DNA of 32,000 bases from Herminiimonas sp. (GTDB taxonomy: Bacteria > Pseudomonadota > Gammaproteobacteria > Burkholderiales > Burkholderiaceae_D), in the NCBI GenBank assembly GCA_027310305.1, contig DAIDBD010000007.1, positions 217,114 to 249,113 on the forward strand, in the 5' to 3' direction. The position numbers and the translations under genes were made by a program. Numbering within the stretch: the first letter of the stretch is position 1; the number at the start of each line of letters is the position of its first letter. Under the pieces are notes generated by a model that was not told the DNA's origin, made no database searches, and was given only the letters and a program-made list of their open reading frames with translations. Below, piece by piece: positions 18,928 through 26,047 of this stretch.

Positions 18928-20226
18928 ATGAACTCTAAGACCAAAAACGTAGTAGGTCAAGTAAACGCGGCTTTCAAGCCTGCGGCGGGGTTCCCCGCGC
19001 TAGCGGGGGCCGTGCCGCAGGCAGGTAACCCCACAGTAAACGCGGCCCTAAGCGCGTCAGCTTGTACCCCCATTAATAACATGGGGGAAAACTACGGGGA
19101 CGTCGAACACTGCGGTTTTGTCGATCTGGTTTTATCAGATTCCGGCAAATTAAAAACTGTCATGGTGCGCAAACCTGCTCAAGATCAGATGTGCATCGTG
19201 GATTGGATCAATTTCACTATCCTTGAAGACACTTGGTTTCGTACAGCTAGGCAAACGCTCGTCACTGACGACGAAATCATCCTCGAAGCAAGCCGCTACC
19301 TCGAAAAAATATTCGGCTTCGGCATCACTGAAAAACGCGCAACGGGAATGAATTTCTATCAAAGCTCATGGATTCTTGGCGACGATATGGGCTTCGTCTG
19401 TTTCGGTGGTCAGCGTCAAACCATGCTCATAACTTTAACCGGCCAAGGCTGTACCAATGCCCACGCCGGATGGGAAAAAAGACTCCATGAATTCCTCACA
19501 ACTATTGCTGTACGCCCCTCTATCTCTCGCCTTGATCTGGCTCATGATGATCTTTCCGGCAGCTATTTGTCGGTTGATTGGGCAGAGTCTCAATGGCATG
19601 AAGGAGGGTACTCAATGGCAGTCGGAGGAAGGCCGCCTTCTATTGAGCGCATTGGCAACTGGCACCGACCCAGCGGAAAGGGCCGCACTCTTACGATTGG
19701 TCTCCGCACTTCCGGGAAATTCTGCCGATTCTATGAAAAGGGAAAAAAGGAAGGGGACAAGCTCTCCACCTGGACAAGATGCGAAGTCGAATTCAAAAAT
19801 TCAGATCGCGTCATCCCGTTCGATGCGCTGCTGAACCCAAGCGATTTTTTCAGCGCCGCGTATCCATGCTTTTCCGAATTCGCGCATGTCGTCACACCGC
19901 GTCGGATGGAAATCAAACAGAAAACAGCACAGGTCGTAATCGACGCCTGTATCGAAGTCACCAAGCACCAGTTCGGAAAATACCTTCGCGTATTCCGTGA
20001 TCTGTACGGTGATAAAGCCACCCTCGACATGGTCTGTCACGCCGATAAAAACGCATGGCCCAAGCGCATGAAGCCTCTCACCGCGACAGCGGAAACTGGC
20101 GCAACATCGATTCACAAAGTAGTAGAAGTACCGACGTTTATCTCGTTCATTCAAGCAGTCCCATCCTTCGGCCTCAATCGGGAAAATTTCTTTCCAGAGC
20201 CGAATCACTACGCAATGGAGCATTAA
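18928..20226 (+). CDS. Rolling-circle replication initiator (Rep_trans / phage replication initiation factor family)
   Basis: LDLAHDD..., GLRTSGKFCRFYEKG and TRCEVEFK resemble the R.Y(D/E)K ... E.E core of Rep_trans proteins. It is first in the rightward operon, as in other inoviruses. The true start may be the ATG at 19081. Confidence 0.8.
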   Translation: MNSKTKNVVGQVNAAFKPAAGFPALAGAVPQAGNPTVNAALSASACTPINNMGENYGDVEHCGFVDLVLSDSGKLKTVMVRKPAQDQMCIVDWINFTILEDTWFRTARQTLVTDDEIILEASRYLEKIFGFGITEKRATGMNFYQSSWILGDDMGFVCFGGQRQTMLITLTGQGCTNAHAGWEKRLHEFLTTIAVRPSISRLDLAHDDLSGSYLSVDWAESQWHEGGYSMAVGGRPPSIERIGNWHRPSGKGRTLTIGLRTSGKFCRFYEKGKKEGDKLSTWTRCEVEFKNSDRVIPFDALLNPSDFFSAAYPCFSEFAHVVTPRRMEIKQKTAQVVIDACIEVTKHQFGKYLRVFRDLYGDKATLDMVCHADKNAWPKRMKPLTATAETGATSIHKVVEVPTFISFIQAVPSFGLNRENFFPEPNHYAMEH

Positions 20227-20228
20227 AA

Positions 20229-20531
20229 ATGAAATTCAATTCTCAAATCAAAATCATCGGCATGAAAAAATCGAAGGGTGATTACGAAGGTAATCCCTAC
20301 GACAACACGACCATGTATACCGAAGTCGGCCTCGACGATTCTAAAGGGATGGCCAAAGGAAATGCAGGCACGGAATACCGCTTCGGACTCTCTACCGAGT
20401 ACGAGAAATACGCACACTTGCCATTCCCGTTTATCGCCAACTGCGAAATGGAAATTGTCACCAGTGGCAAGGAACAAAAAACCTTGATGCGGACCTGCGT
20501 CCCTGTCAGCGTGGAAAAGAAAGCAGCGTAA
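20229..20531 (+). CDS. Candidate ssDNA-binding protein (g5p position), 100 aa
   Basis: The call rests on its position directly after rep and its size. No motif-level recognition. Confidence 0.45.
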   Translation: MKFNSQIKIIGMKKSKGDYEGNPYDNTTMYTEVGLDDSKGMAKGNAGTEYRFGLSTEYEKYAHLPFPFIANCEMEIVTSGKEQKTLMRTCVPVSVEKKAA

Positions 20532-20535
20532 AAAA

Positions 20536-20727
20536 ATGGTCAGCTTCGTAATCAGATTCGTAGTGCAGGACCGGGAATCAAAACTATTCTTGATGCCTCA
20601 AAACGGCGACGTGGGATATACCGAATTTCTGCATGAAGCTGGCCGATTCGATTTACTCGCAGAAGCGATTGACACTGCATCTTTGAATTGCGGAGAAGGC
20701 TTCAACGTGACTAAAGTTCTCGGGTAA
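20536..20727 (+). CDS. Phage hypothetical protein (63 aa)
   Basis: A compact ORF in the rightward operon that starts 5 bp after the previous stop. Confidence 0.45.
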   Translation: MVSFVIRFVVQDRESKLFLMPQNGDVGYTEFLHEAGRFDLLAEAIDTASLNCGEGFNVTKVLG

Positions 20728-20731
20728 AAAA

Positions 20732-20824
20732 ATGTTCGATGCAATGTCAATGCAGGACGTATTCACCGCTGTCGGCTTCGCGCTGACATGCGGCTTAGGG
20801 ATTATTGCGGGGCTGCTCTCATGA
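20732..20824 (+). CDS. Small hydrophobic virion-cap-like protein (30 aa, g7p/g9p position)
   Basis: MFDAMSMQDVFTAVGFALTCGLGIIAGLLS has a single TM. An ATGA overlap links it to the next small ORF. Confidence 0.4.
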   Translation: MFDAMSMQDVFTAVGFALTCGLGIIAGLLS

Positions 20825-20928
20825 GCGACCTCGAAATAATGATCGGTGGCTTGATGTCAAGTTTTGCTATCGGTTGGGGTGTGGGGCGATTGGTAAAGGC
20901 CTATCGTCAATTTTTCGATTCAATCTAA
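20821..20928 (+). CDS. Small hydrophobic protein (35 aa, g9p/g7p position)
   Basis: MSDLEIMIGGLMSSFAIGWGVGRLVKAYRQFFDSI. It is translationally coupled upstream and sits immediately before the coat gene. Confidence 0.4.
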   Translation: MSDLEIMIGGLMSSFAIGWGVGRLVKAYRQFFDSI

Positions 20929-20940
20929 AGGAGTTTCAAA

Positions 20941-21159
20941 ATGAAAAAAGTATCAATGTTTCTGGTTTCAGCACTGGGCCTGATGTTGGGCATGTTGTCG
21001 TCTGCGCATGCAGCGATTGATGCAGCCGTTGGAACGGCATTTACCGCGCTTCAAGCTGACGCAACATCGCTGTCTGCCATCGTCGTGCCGATTGTCGTGG
21101 CCGTCCTCGGATTGGTCATCACGATCAAGCTCATCAAGCGTTTCGGCAACAAGATTTAA
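20941..21159 (+). CDS. Major coat protein (g8p-like)
   Basis: SD AAGGAG. Signal peptide ...MLSSAHA|A. The mature form of about 49 aa has an acidic N-terminus, a hydrophobic core (IVVPIVVAVLGLVITI) and a basic C-terminus (KLIKRFGNKI). Confidence 0.85.
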   Translation: MKKVSMFLVSALGLMLGMLSSAHAAIDAAVGTAFTALQADATSLSAIVVPIVVAVLGLVITIKLIKRFGNKI

Positions 21160-21327
21160 TCAGTAATGCTGCGCCGAATGCTGCTACTCGCGACAGTGCC
21201 GGTAGCAGCATTTTTATTTAAAACATCAAAACCGGTTGCGTCGCCCGTGCCTCACGCTAGCGAGGCCGGCGATGCAACTTTTACAGTTAAAAAAACTGCT
21301 GTCTCATACCGCCGAACCGGGGACTAT

Positions 21328-22773
21328 ATGGCCCAGATACTGAATAAACTTGTCGCCGTTGCTTTGATATTGATGAGTACATCGATAAACGCCCAGGTCA
21401 ATACGTCATCCACGCAAGGAATGCTAAGACAGCTCATGTCCGGCAGCGCAGCGCCGACAGTCAATGCAGTTTCAAGCGGGGCTGTAGCAACAGCAAGCGG
21501 GGACGTTCTCGTTCGAGCCTCTGGCTTACGAATTCCCGTACCTGTATCAGTGGCAGCAACAGCAAGCCGAGCAAGACTGGCTTCCGCCGCACTCGGCTGC
21601 GCCTCCGTCGTAGGTGCAGTTATGTGTGCAGCCACTGCGGCAGCACTTGCGCAAGCACTTAAAGACGCAGGGCTTGGCTATGGCCCTTGCCCAGCGGGGT
21701 CAGCACAGGCATATGCTTTTATTTGCAAAACTCCGACATCAATGACGCGGTATAGGGACTATTTCGACATTAATAATTACCCATCCGCTAATGCAGCATG
21801 CCAAGCTTCGATGCCTCAGGTATCTTCCCAAGCTGGGCGAACCATTACTCGGGCCGAACTCGTCGGCAACATGTGCAAATCGTATTACCGATATGACGGG
21901 GTCGAATATCTTCTGCAATCCGATTCGATCCGTGCGTTTCAACTAACACTGCCTCCAGGAGGTTTTCCGCCCGAAGTCCCAGACGAAACAACAATGTCGC
22001 AGGATTTGCAAACACGGTTAGATCAGGACTACAACACGAACCGTCAACTCTACGACTCCATGAAAGCAGATCAAAGGGCCGCTGAAGAAAAGGGTCAACT
22101 CTGGCCGTCCAATCTGAATCCGATCGCGCCCGATACGCCGATAACCACAACTGCGCCGCCTGTCACGAGTCCAGAGCGAAACGTGTCAACGGAAACGCGA
22201 TCATTACCTGACGGTTCAACTGACACAATTAGGAGGAGTGAAACAACCACGATAACGCCGCAAACAACAGGAACGACAATACGTGATTCCCAGACCACAT
22301 TTCCAAGCACTACGACCGTAACGACCACAACAACAAACAACGTCACGAACACGAGCAGCACCAACACAACAGTCATAAACAATCCGCCTGCTGAAGTGCA
22401 AGAATTCCCCGACGATTACAACAAAGAAATTACACAGAAACAAATACTCACAGAGATAAAAGCAGACGATGTCGCTGCGCCGACCGCAAACCAGAACGAC
22501 CGCGTCACCACTGAAACCACGAAAACAAACACAGATTTAGACACTAAATTTACTGCGATTCCGAACGAATTTGAAACCGACAAGGTCAAGTGGTTTTCGT
22601 GGGTCTGGTCCCCCCCAGTAGGCGTATGTTCTCCATACGCTGGCACTGTTCACGGATACGCGATTTCATGGGACTTGTGTCCCACGATAGCGAACATACG
22701 AGAAGCGCTCGGTTTTATTTTCGCGTTGTTCGGAGCATTGCAGATTTACGGACTAATTTTCAGGAGCGAATGA
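21328..22773 (+). CDS. Minor coat / adsorption protein (g3p-like)
   Basis: Signal peptide MAQILNKLVAVALILMSTSINAQ. A Thr-rich low-complexity linker (TTTITPQTTGTT...TTTVTTTTTNNVTNTSSTNTT). A C-terminal hydrophobic anchor (LGFIFALFGALQIYGLIF). The ORF is open from 21166. Confidence 0.7.
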   Translation: MAQILNKLVAVALILMSTSINAQVNTSSTQGMLRQLMSGSAAPTVNAVSSGAVATASGDVLVRASGLRIPVPVSVAATASRARLASAALGCASVVGAVMCAATAAALAQALKDAGLGYGPCPAGSAQAYAFICKTPTSMTRYRDYFDINNYPSANAACQASMPQVSSQAGRTITRAELVGNMCKSYYRYDGVEYLLQSDSIRAFQLTLPPGGFPPEVPDETTMSQDLQTRLDQDYNTNRQLYDSMKADQRAAEEKGQLWPSNLNPIAPDTPITTTAPPVTSPERNVSTETRSLPDGSTDTIRRSETTTITPQTTGTTIRDSQTTFPSTTTVTTTTTNNVTNTSSTNTTVINNPPAEVQEFPDDYNKEITQKQILTEIKADDVAAPTANQNDRVTTETTKTNTDLDTKFTAIPNEFETDKVKWFSWVWSPPVGVCSPYAGTVHGYAISWDLCPTIANIREALGFIFALFGALQIYGLIFRSE

Positions 22774-23099
22774 TGGTCAAGCTAATCACATTTTTATTTA
22801 CGACGATACCGGCGCTATTTACCGCCTTTCTCGCTTACTACGGCCGTAAATATACGACTGTGGTAGCTGGCCTGCTGGCAATGGCGTCGATGCTCCTTAT
22901 CTTCATTTCTTGCATCAACCTCATTCTGCAAACAGTGATAAATCTAATTGTCGTTCCAACGTGGCTCTTAACGGCGATTGGAATATTCATTCCCTCGAAT
23001 TTTAGTGTCGTGCTTGCTGCTGTGGTGTCTGGCAAAATTTGTAGAGCCGCTTACGACTGGGGTATCAAGAAAACAGATCTTGTGGTGAAGGCCAACTAA
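22770..23099 (+). CDS. Minor coat protein (g6p-like), multi-TM, 109 aa
   Basis: Three hydrophobic segments. It overlaps the g3p stop and precedes the zot-like gene, which is the canonical position. Confidence 0.6.
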   Translation: MMVKLITFLFTTIPALFTAFLAYYGRKYTTVVAGLLAMASMLLIFISCINLILQTVINLIVVPTWLLTAIGIFIPSNFSVVLAAVVSGKICRAAYDWGIKKTDLVVKAN

Positions 23100-23959
23100 T
23101 GTCTGACTACCTCATCCACGGAAAAAAGGGTCACGGCAAAAGCTTGGTCAGCGTAGGCCGCATCAAGGATGCACTGGAGCAGGGCAGGCCGGTCGCAACG
23201 AACCTGAATCTCAACCTTGAAAAGCTGCTCGGTCCCGGCGTTCGGAATATTCGTTGCATCCGCTTGCCAGATCGCCCGACAATCGAGGACATGGAGCTTC
23301 TTGGCCTCGGCTCGGCCAAGCTCGATGAATCAACGTATGGGGAAATCGTCCTGGACGAAATGGCGACATGGATGAACGCCAGATCGTGGGCCGACAAGGA
23401 ACGACAAAAGCTGCTTGACTGGTTTGTTCATTCACGTAAAAAGCGATGGAACACGAATTTCATATGTCAGTCGCCCGATCAGATCGATAAGCAAATCAGA
23501 ACGTCACTTATGGACCACTCGGTTAATTGCAAGCGGCTCGACAAGATGCGCATTCCGATGATCGGGTCACTGACAAAGCTTCTATTCGGCTATGAGATAC
23601 GACCGCCCAAAGTGCATGTTGCAAAGGTGCGATTCGGGATGGACATCAACGCCCAGGTCACGGACACATGGACATACCTTGGACGTCATCTCTACGCGGC
23701 ATACGACACGGAACAGGTTTTTCGAGACAACTACGAGCATGGCGTATTCAGCTATCTATCTCCGTGGCACATCCACGGGCGACACTTAGTCAAGCTGCCG
23801 AAAAAGCCATCAGAACATGTGAGGGACTTTTTCCGAGGCGTTCCCCGTCGCAGAGTCCAACCAAGGCCCAAAAACGCGCTGGTGGCCCTAATAATGGCTT
23901 TGCCGGTAGATCAGCGGATGAAGCACTACCGGAGATTCCAGCAAGCGGGTGCGCTTTGA
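23099..23959 (+). CDS. Zot / g1p-family phage assembly ATPase
   Basis: Walker A GKKGHGKS at the extreme N-terminus. Walker B EIVLDE. A TAATG overlap links it to the preceding gene. Confidence 0.85.
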   Translation: MSDYLIHGKKGHGKSLVSVGRIKDALEQGRPVATNLNLNLEKLLGPGVRNIRCIRLPDRPTIEDMELLGLGSAKLDESTYGEIVLDEMATWMNARSWADKERQKLLDWFVHSRKKRWNTNFICQSPDQIDKQIRTSLMDHSVNCKRLDKMRIPMIGSLTKLLFGYEIRPPKVHVAKVRFGMDINAQVTDTWTYLGRHLYAAYDTEQVFRDNYEHGVFSYLSPWHIHGRHLVKLPKKPSEHVRDFFRGVPRRRVQPRPKNALVALIMALPVDQRMKHYRRFQQAGAL

Positions 23960-24114
23960 TTTATCGTTACGCGGCGATAGCGTCACTTCTAACTTTAATT
24001 GGCTGTCAGCATGTTGACGACCGGCGAAGCGCCGTATTGGACCGATGGGAATACGTCGCTGTGCAATGCCGTGACGGCAGTTTCTCAAGCCGATGCAACA
24101 ACCTTCGAAATTAG
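23956..24114 (+). CDS. Possible small lipoprotein (TTG start, 52 aa)
   Basis: TTGA overlap with the zot stop. (M)IYRYAAIASLLTLIGC looks like a lipobox signal. The start is non-canonical, so this is tentative. Confidence 0.3.
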   Translation: MIYRYAAIASLLTLIGCQHVDDRRSAVLDRWEYVAVQCRDGSFSSRCNNLRN

Positions 24115-24130
24115 ATTTTGTCAAACAATA

Positions 24131-24158
24131 AAAAAAAGCCGGCAACCCCGGCTTTTTC
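24131..24158. terminator. Bidirectional rho-independent terminator
   Basis: AAAAAAAAGCCGG-CAACC-CCGGCTTTTT has an A-tract and a T-tract on either side of the stem. It lies between the convergent rightward and leftward phage genes. Confidence 0.7.
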
Positions 24159-24176
24159 AAATCATCACGCGAACAA

Positions 24177-24416
24177 TCAAGACAGTTCCAGCCGTCGCTC
24201 GATCCGCTGTAAGCGCTCAACGATTTTGTCTAAAGACACTTGTTGTCGTGCATCCGTTTCGTCCCCGCTGTTCACCTCGCGTTTCACGAGAACCATATTG
24301 GTTTCAAGTCCAGACATCCGATGTTTTAAATCGTTCATGTCCTCCGCGATTTGGTCAACGCGGCCACGTATATGGCGCAAGTGTTCCAAGATCAGATTTT
24401 CGACGTTTTCAGCCAT
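24177..24416 (-). CDS. Phage accessory hypothetical protein, predicted coiled coil (79 aa)
   Basis: Heptad-like sequence ending ...IVERLQRIERRLELS. It is the last gene of the leftward three-gene module. Confidence 0.5.
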   Translation of the reverse strand: MAENVENLILEHLRHIRGRVDQIAEDMNDLKHRMSGLETNMVLVKREVNSGDETDARQQVSLDKIVERLQRIERRLELS

Positions 24417-24450
24417 ATTTCCCCCATTCGTTTTCTCAAGTATAGCAAAT

Positions 24451-24612
24451 TCAAAAAGGAATACTATCAGCGGCCATGACGGCCCCTTCCAGATCCTCGA
24501 TAGCGCCGATTGTCAAATCAAACGATCTATATTCATGGATAACGCGCCTTGCAGCCTCAATCAAATCATTCTTTATTTGATCCCCTTCGCCTTTATTATT
24601 TTCGATAGTCAT
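24451..24612 (-). CDS. Phage accessory hypothetical protein (53 aa, acidic)
   Basis: MTIENNKGEGDQIKNDLIEAARRVIHEYRSFDL... Its start overlaps the upstream stop (ATGA at 24612-24609). Confidence 0.45.
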   Translation of the reverse strand: MTIENNKGEGDQIKNDLIEAARRVIHEYRSFDLTIGAIEDLEGAVMAADSIPF

Positions 24613-24899
24613 TTTGCGCACCTCAAAACGCCTTGCAACAGATGGCCGTCGTAATCCATGATCTGCGCAACCAGCTTGCGCATGCTCGCGCAAACGAATT
24701 GTTTACCGTCCGGTCTCGTCCAGACGAAACCGGCCTTACCTTTTTTGTACAGCTTCCGCAGATGCAGTTTCAACGGAATTTGCTTCCACGAAGTCAGCAT
24801 GTTGTGCGCTTTTGCAACGGCCTTGCGCACGCGTTTGAAGTTGCCGAGATACTCCTGAAACGGGAAGTGCTTCAACGGTAATTCAAGTTGCTTTTCCAT
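24609..24899 (-). CDS. Phage accessory hypothetical protein (96 aa, basic)
   Basis: First gene of the leftward module, rich in Lys/Arg. No family recognised. Confidence 0.5.
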   Translation of the reverse strand: MEKQLELPLKHFPFQEYLGNFKRVRKAVAKAHNMLTSWKQIPLKLHLRKLYKKGKAGFVWTRPDGKQFVCASMRKLVAQIMDYDGHLLQGVLRCAK

Positions 24900-24969
24900 G
24901 ATCTGCGCCTTTCGTTTTTAAGCTGACCTAGCCCGAAGATTTCGAGCCTATCGTAAGAATTTGAAAAAT

Positions 24970-25200
24970 CGGTAGTACCTGCCTTCGATGCTGCCGCCCA
25001 TCCCGTTAGTTCGTCGCCTGTCACCGAATAGGCGGCGCAATAGGCGATTTGTGCAAGGGGAGGCTTCGAAAGTTTTTGCGCTTATGCCCGAAGGGACATG
25101 CAAAAAGTTTTGGAGTCCCTTGCACAAATTGACGCGCCGACTATCGTTGACAGATCAGCGACGAACTAATGGGATGGGCTGCTTCGACGGAGTACGGACT
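24970..25200. repeat. Long imperfect inverted repeat (multi-stem hairpin) in the phage non-coding region
   Basis: Paired segments are 24998-25017/25158-25177, 25018-25038/25134-25153, 25047-25059/25117-25129 and 25069-25079/25100-25110. Confidence 0.8.
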
Positions 25201-25258
25201 GAATTTTTCAGGAATGACGCTTGCGTCATCTGACTAGGTTTCATGCAGTGAACGCACA

Positions 25259-25651
25259 GTGATTCTCTGGCCGTTGGAAGATGGACGCCGGTTCACCAGG
25301 TCGAATGTGCCCGTAAGCGGGTTGGCTAAATCAACAAAAAAGATTTTCAGATTTTCATTACAATTCTGCGCCGTGCAACTCGAATTATTTTCATGGGACT
25401 ATCTCTCTGACTCTGAACGCCAACAAATTTACGGCGACATTCGGAATGCATACTGGCACGTACGGACTTTAAGAAAAGGCCGCTTCGGTCAAGCGGCGTT
25501 GCGCAAGAAGTACCGACAAATCGAAGGGCAAAAAAAACGCCTGCAACTGGCAGGCGTTGAAAAGCGCGAAATTCTCGATTTGCTAGCTTGCTGCCGGCTG
25601 AAGTGCAGCGGCAAAAAACAGCCGTTTAAGCCGTGCCCATACTGCCGATAA
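25259..25651 (+). CDS. Questionable phage ORF (130 aa, GTG start, no internal Met) with a C-terminal Cys cluster
   Basis: No SD and no ATG. The C-terminus is CCRLKCSGKKQPFKPCPYC. The 3' end is antisense to the reconstructed repressor tail. Confidence 0.3.
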   Translation: MILWPLEDGRRFTRSNVPVSGLAKSTKKIFRFSLQFCAVQLELFSWDYLSDSERQQIYGDIRNAYWHVRTLRKGRFGQAALRKKYRQIEGQKKRLQLAGVEKREILDLLACCRLKCSGKKQPFKPCPYCR

Positions 25652-25663
25652 TTTCTTGAGTAC

Positions 25664-25691
25664 ATTTAACATAATATGCGGTCTGTGCATT
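25664..25691 (-). other. Right (attR-type) dif-like hybrid site: host AATGCACAGAC-CGCATA joined to phage TTATGTTAAAT
   Basis: The minus strand at 25674-25664 reads TTATGTTAAAT. This is identical to the XerD-binding arm of the E. coli/proteobacterial dif consensus. It abuts the AATAT junction repeat (25673-25677). Confidence 0.65.
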
Positions 25692-26047
25692 TCCACCAGC
25701 GCAAGCGCTTCCCCTGCGTTTCCCGCTGTGTAGACGTTCGCGTTGCATTCGGCAAGTATTCGCCGCATGAGATCCCGTGCATCGCGTTCATCATCGACTA
25801 CCAGTACATTCACTCCCGACAGGTCGACCGGACTGAATTTCGGCGGAAGATCCTGAGGTGTCTTCGGATGCGCCCTTGATTCGTTCTCGTTATGAATGCT
25901 CGCAACGGTTATCGGAAGAAAAACTGAAAAAGCGGCGCCGCGATTCGTTCCCGGGCTGTCGGCGCATACGGTGCCGCCATGGAGTTCGACCAGGTTTTTC
26001 GTGATCGTCAGGTCCAGTCCGAGGCCGCCGTAGCGCCTTGTTTTGAT
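25678..26047 (-). pseudogene. Remnant of a hybrid histidine kinase: end of HATPase_c, linker and the N-terminal half of the receiver domain
   Basis: The minus-strand frame reads TRRYGGLGLDLTITKNLVELHGGTV...FSVFLP...VNVLVVDDERDARDLMRRIL...ALALVEMHRPHI. It continues at 18234 with LVTDIGMP. HisKA and most of the ATPase domain are missing. Confidence 0.8.

Larger units (their letters stand above)
18235..25677 (+). mobile_element. Integrated filamentous (Inoviridae-like) prophage, about 7.44 kb
   Basis: Gene order is repressor / Rep / ssDNA-binding-like / small TM proteins / major coat / g3p-like / g6p-like / Zot-g1p. The sequence is AT-richer than the flanks by eye. It splits a host receiver-domain ORF exactly and has a 5-bp AATAT at both ends. 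Confidence 0.88.

Noticed and set aside
21166-21327. An N-terminal 54-codon extension of the g3p-like ORF
   Set aside because: The Met at 21328 is followed by a canonical signal peptide. The upstream extension would bury it. It is kept only as an alternative start.
24970-25200. The long hairpin read as a CTX-type folded ssDNA attP
   Set aside because: The hairpin lies about 470 bp from the actual junction, and I saw no dif-like arms within it. The junction-proximal TTATGTTAAAT site explains integration better. Packaging signal or origin is the more likely role.
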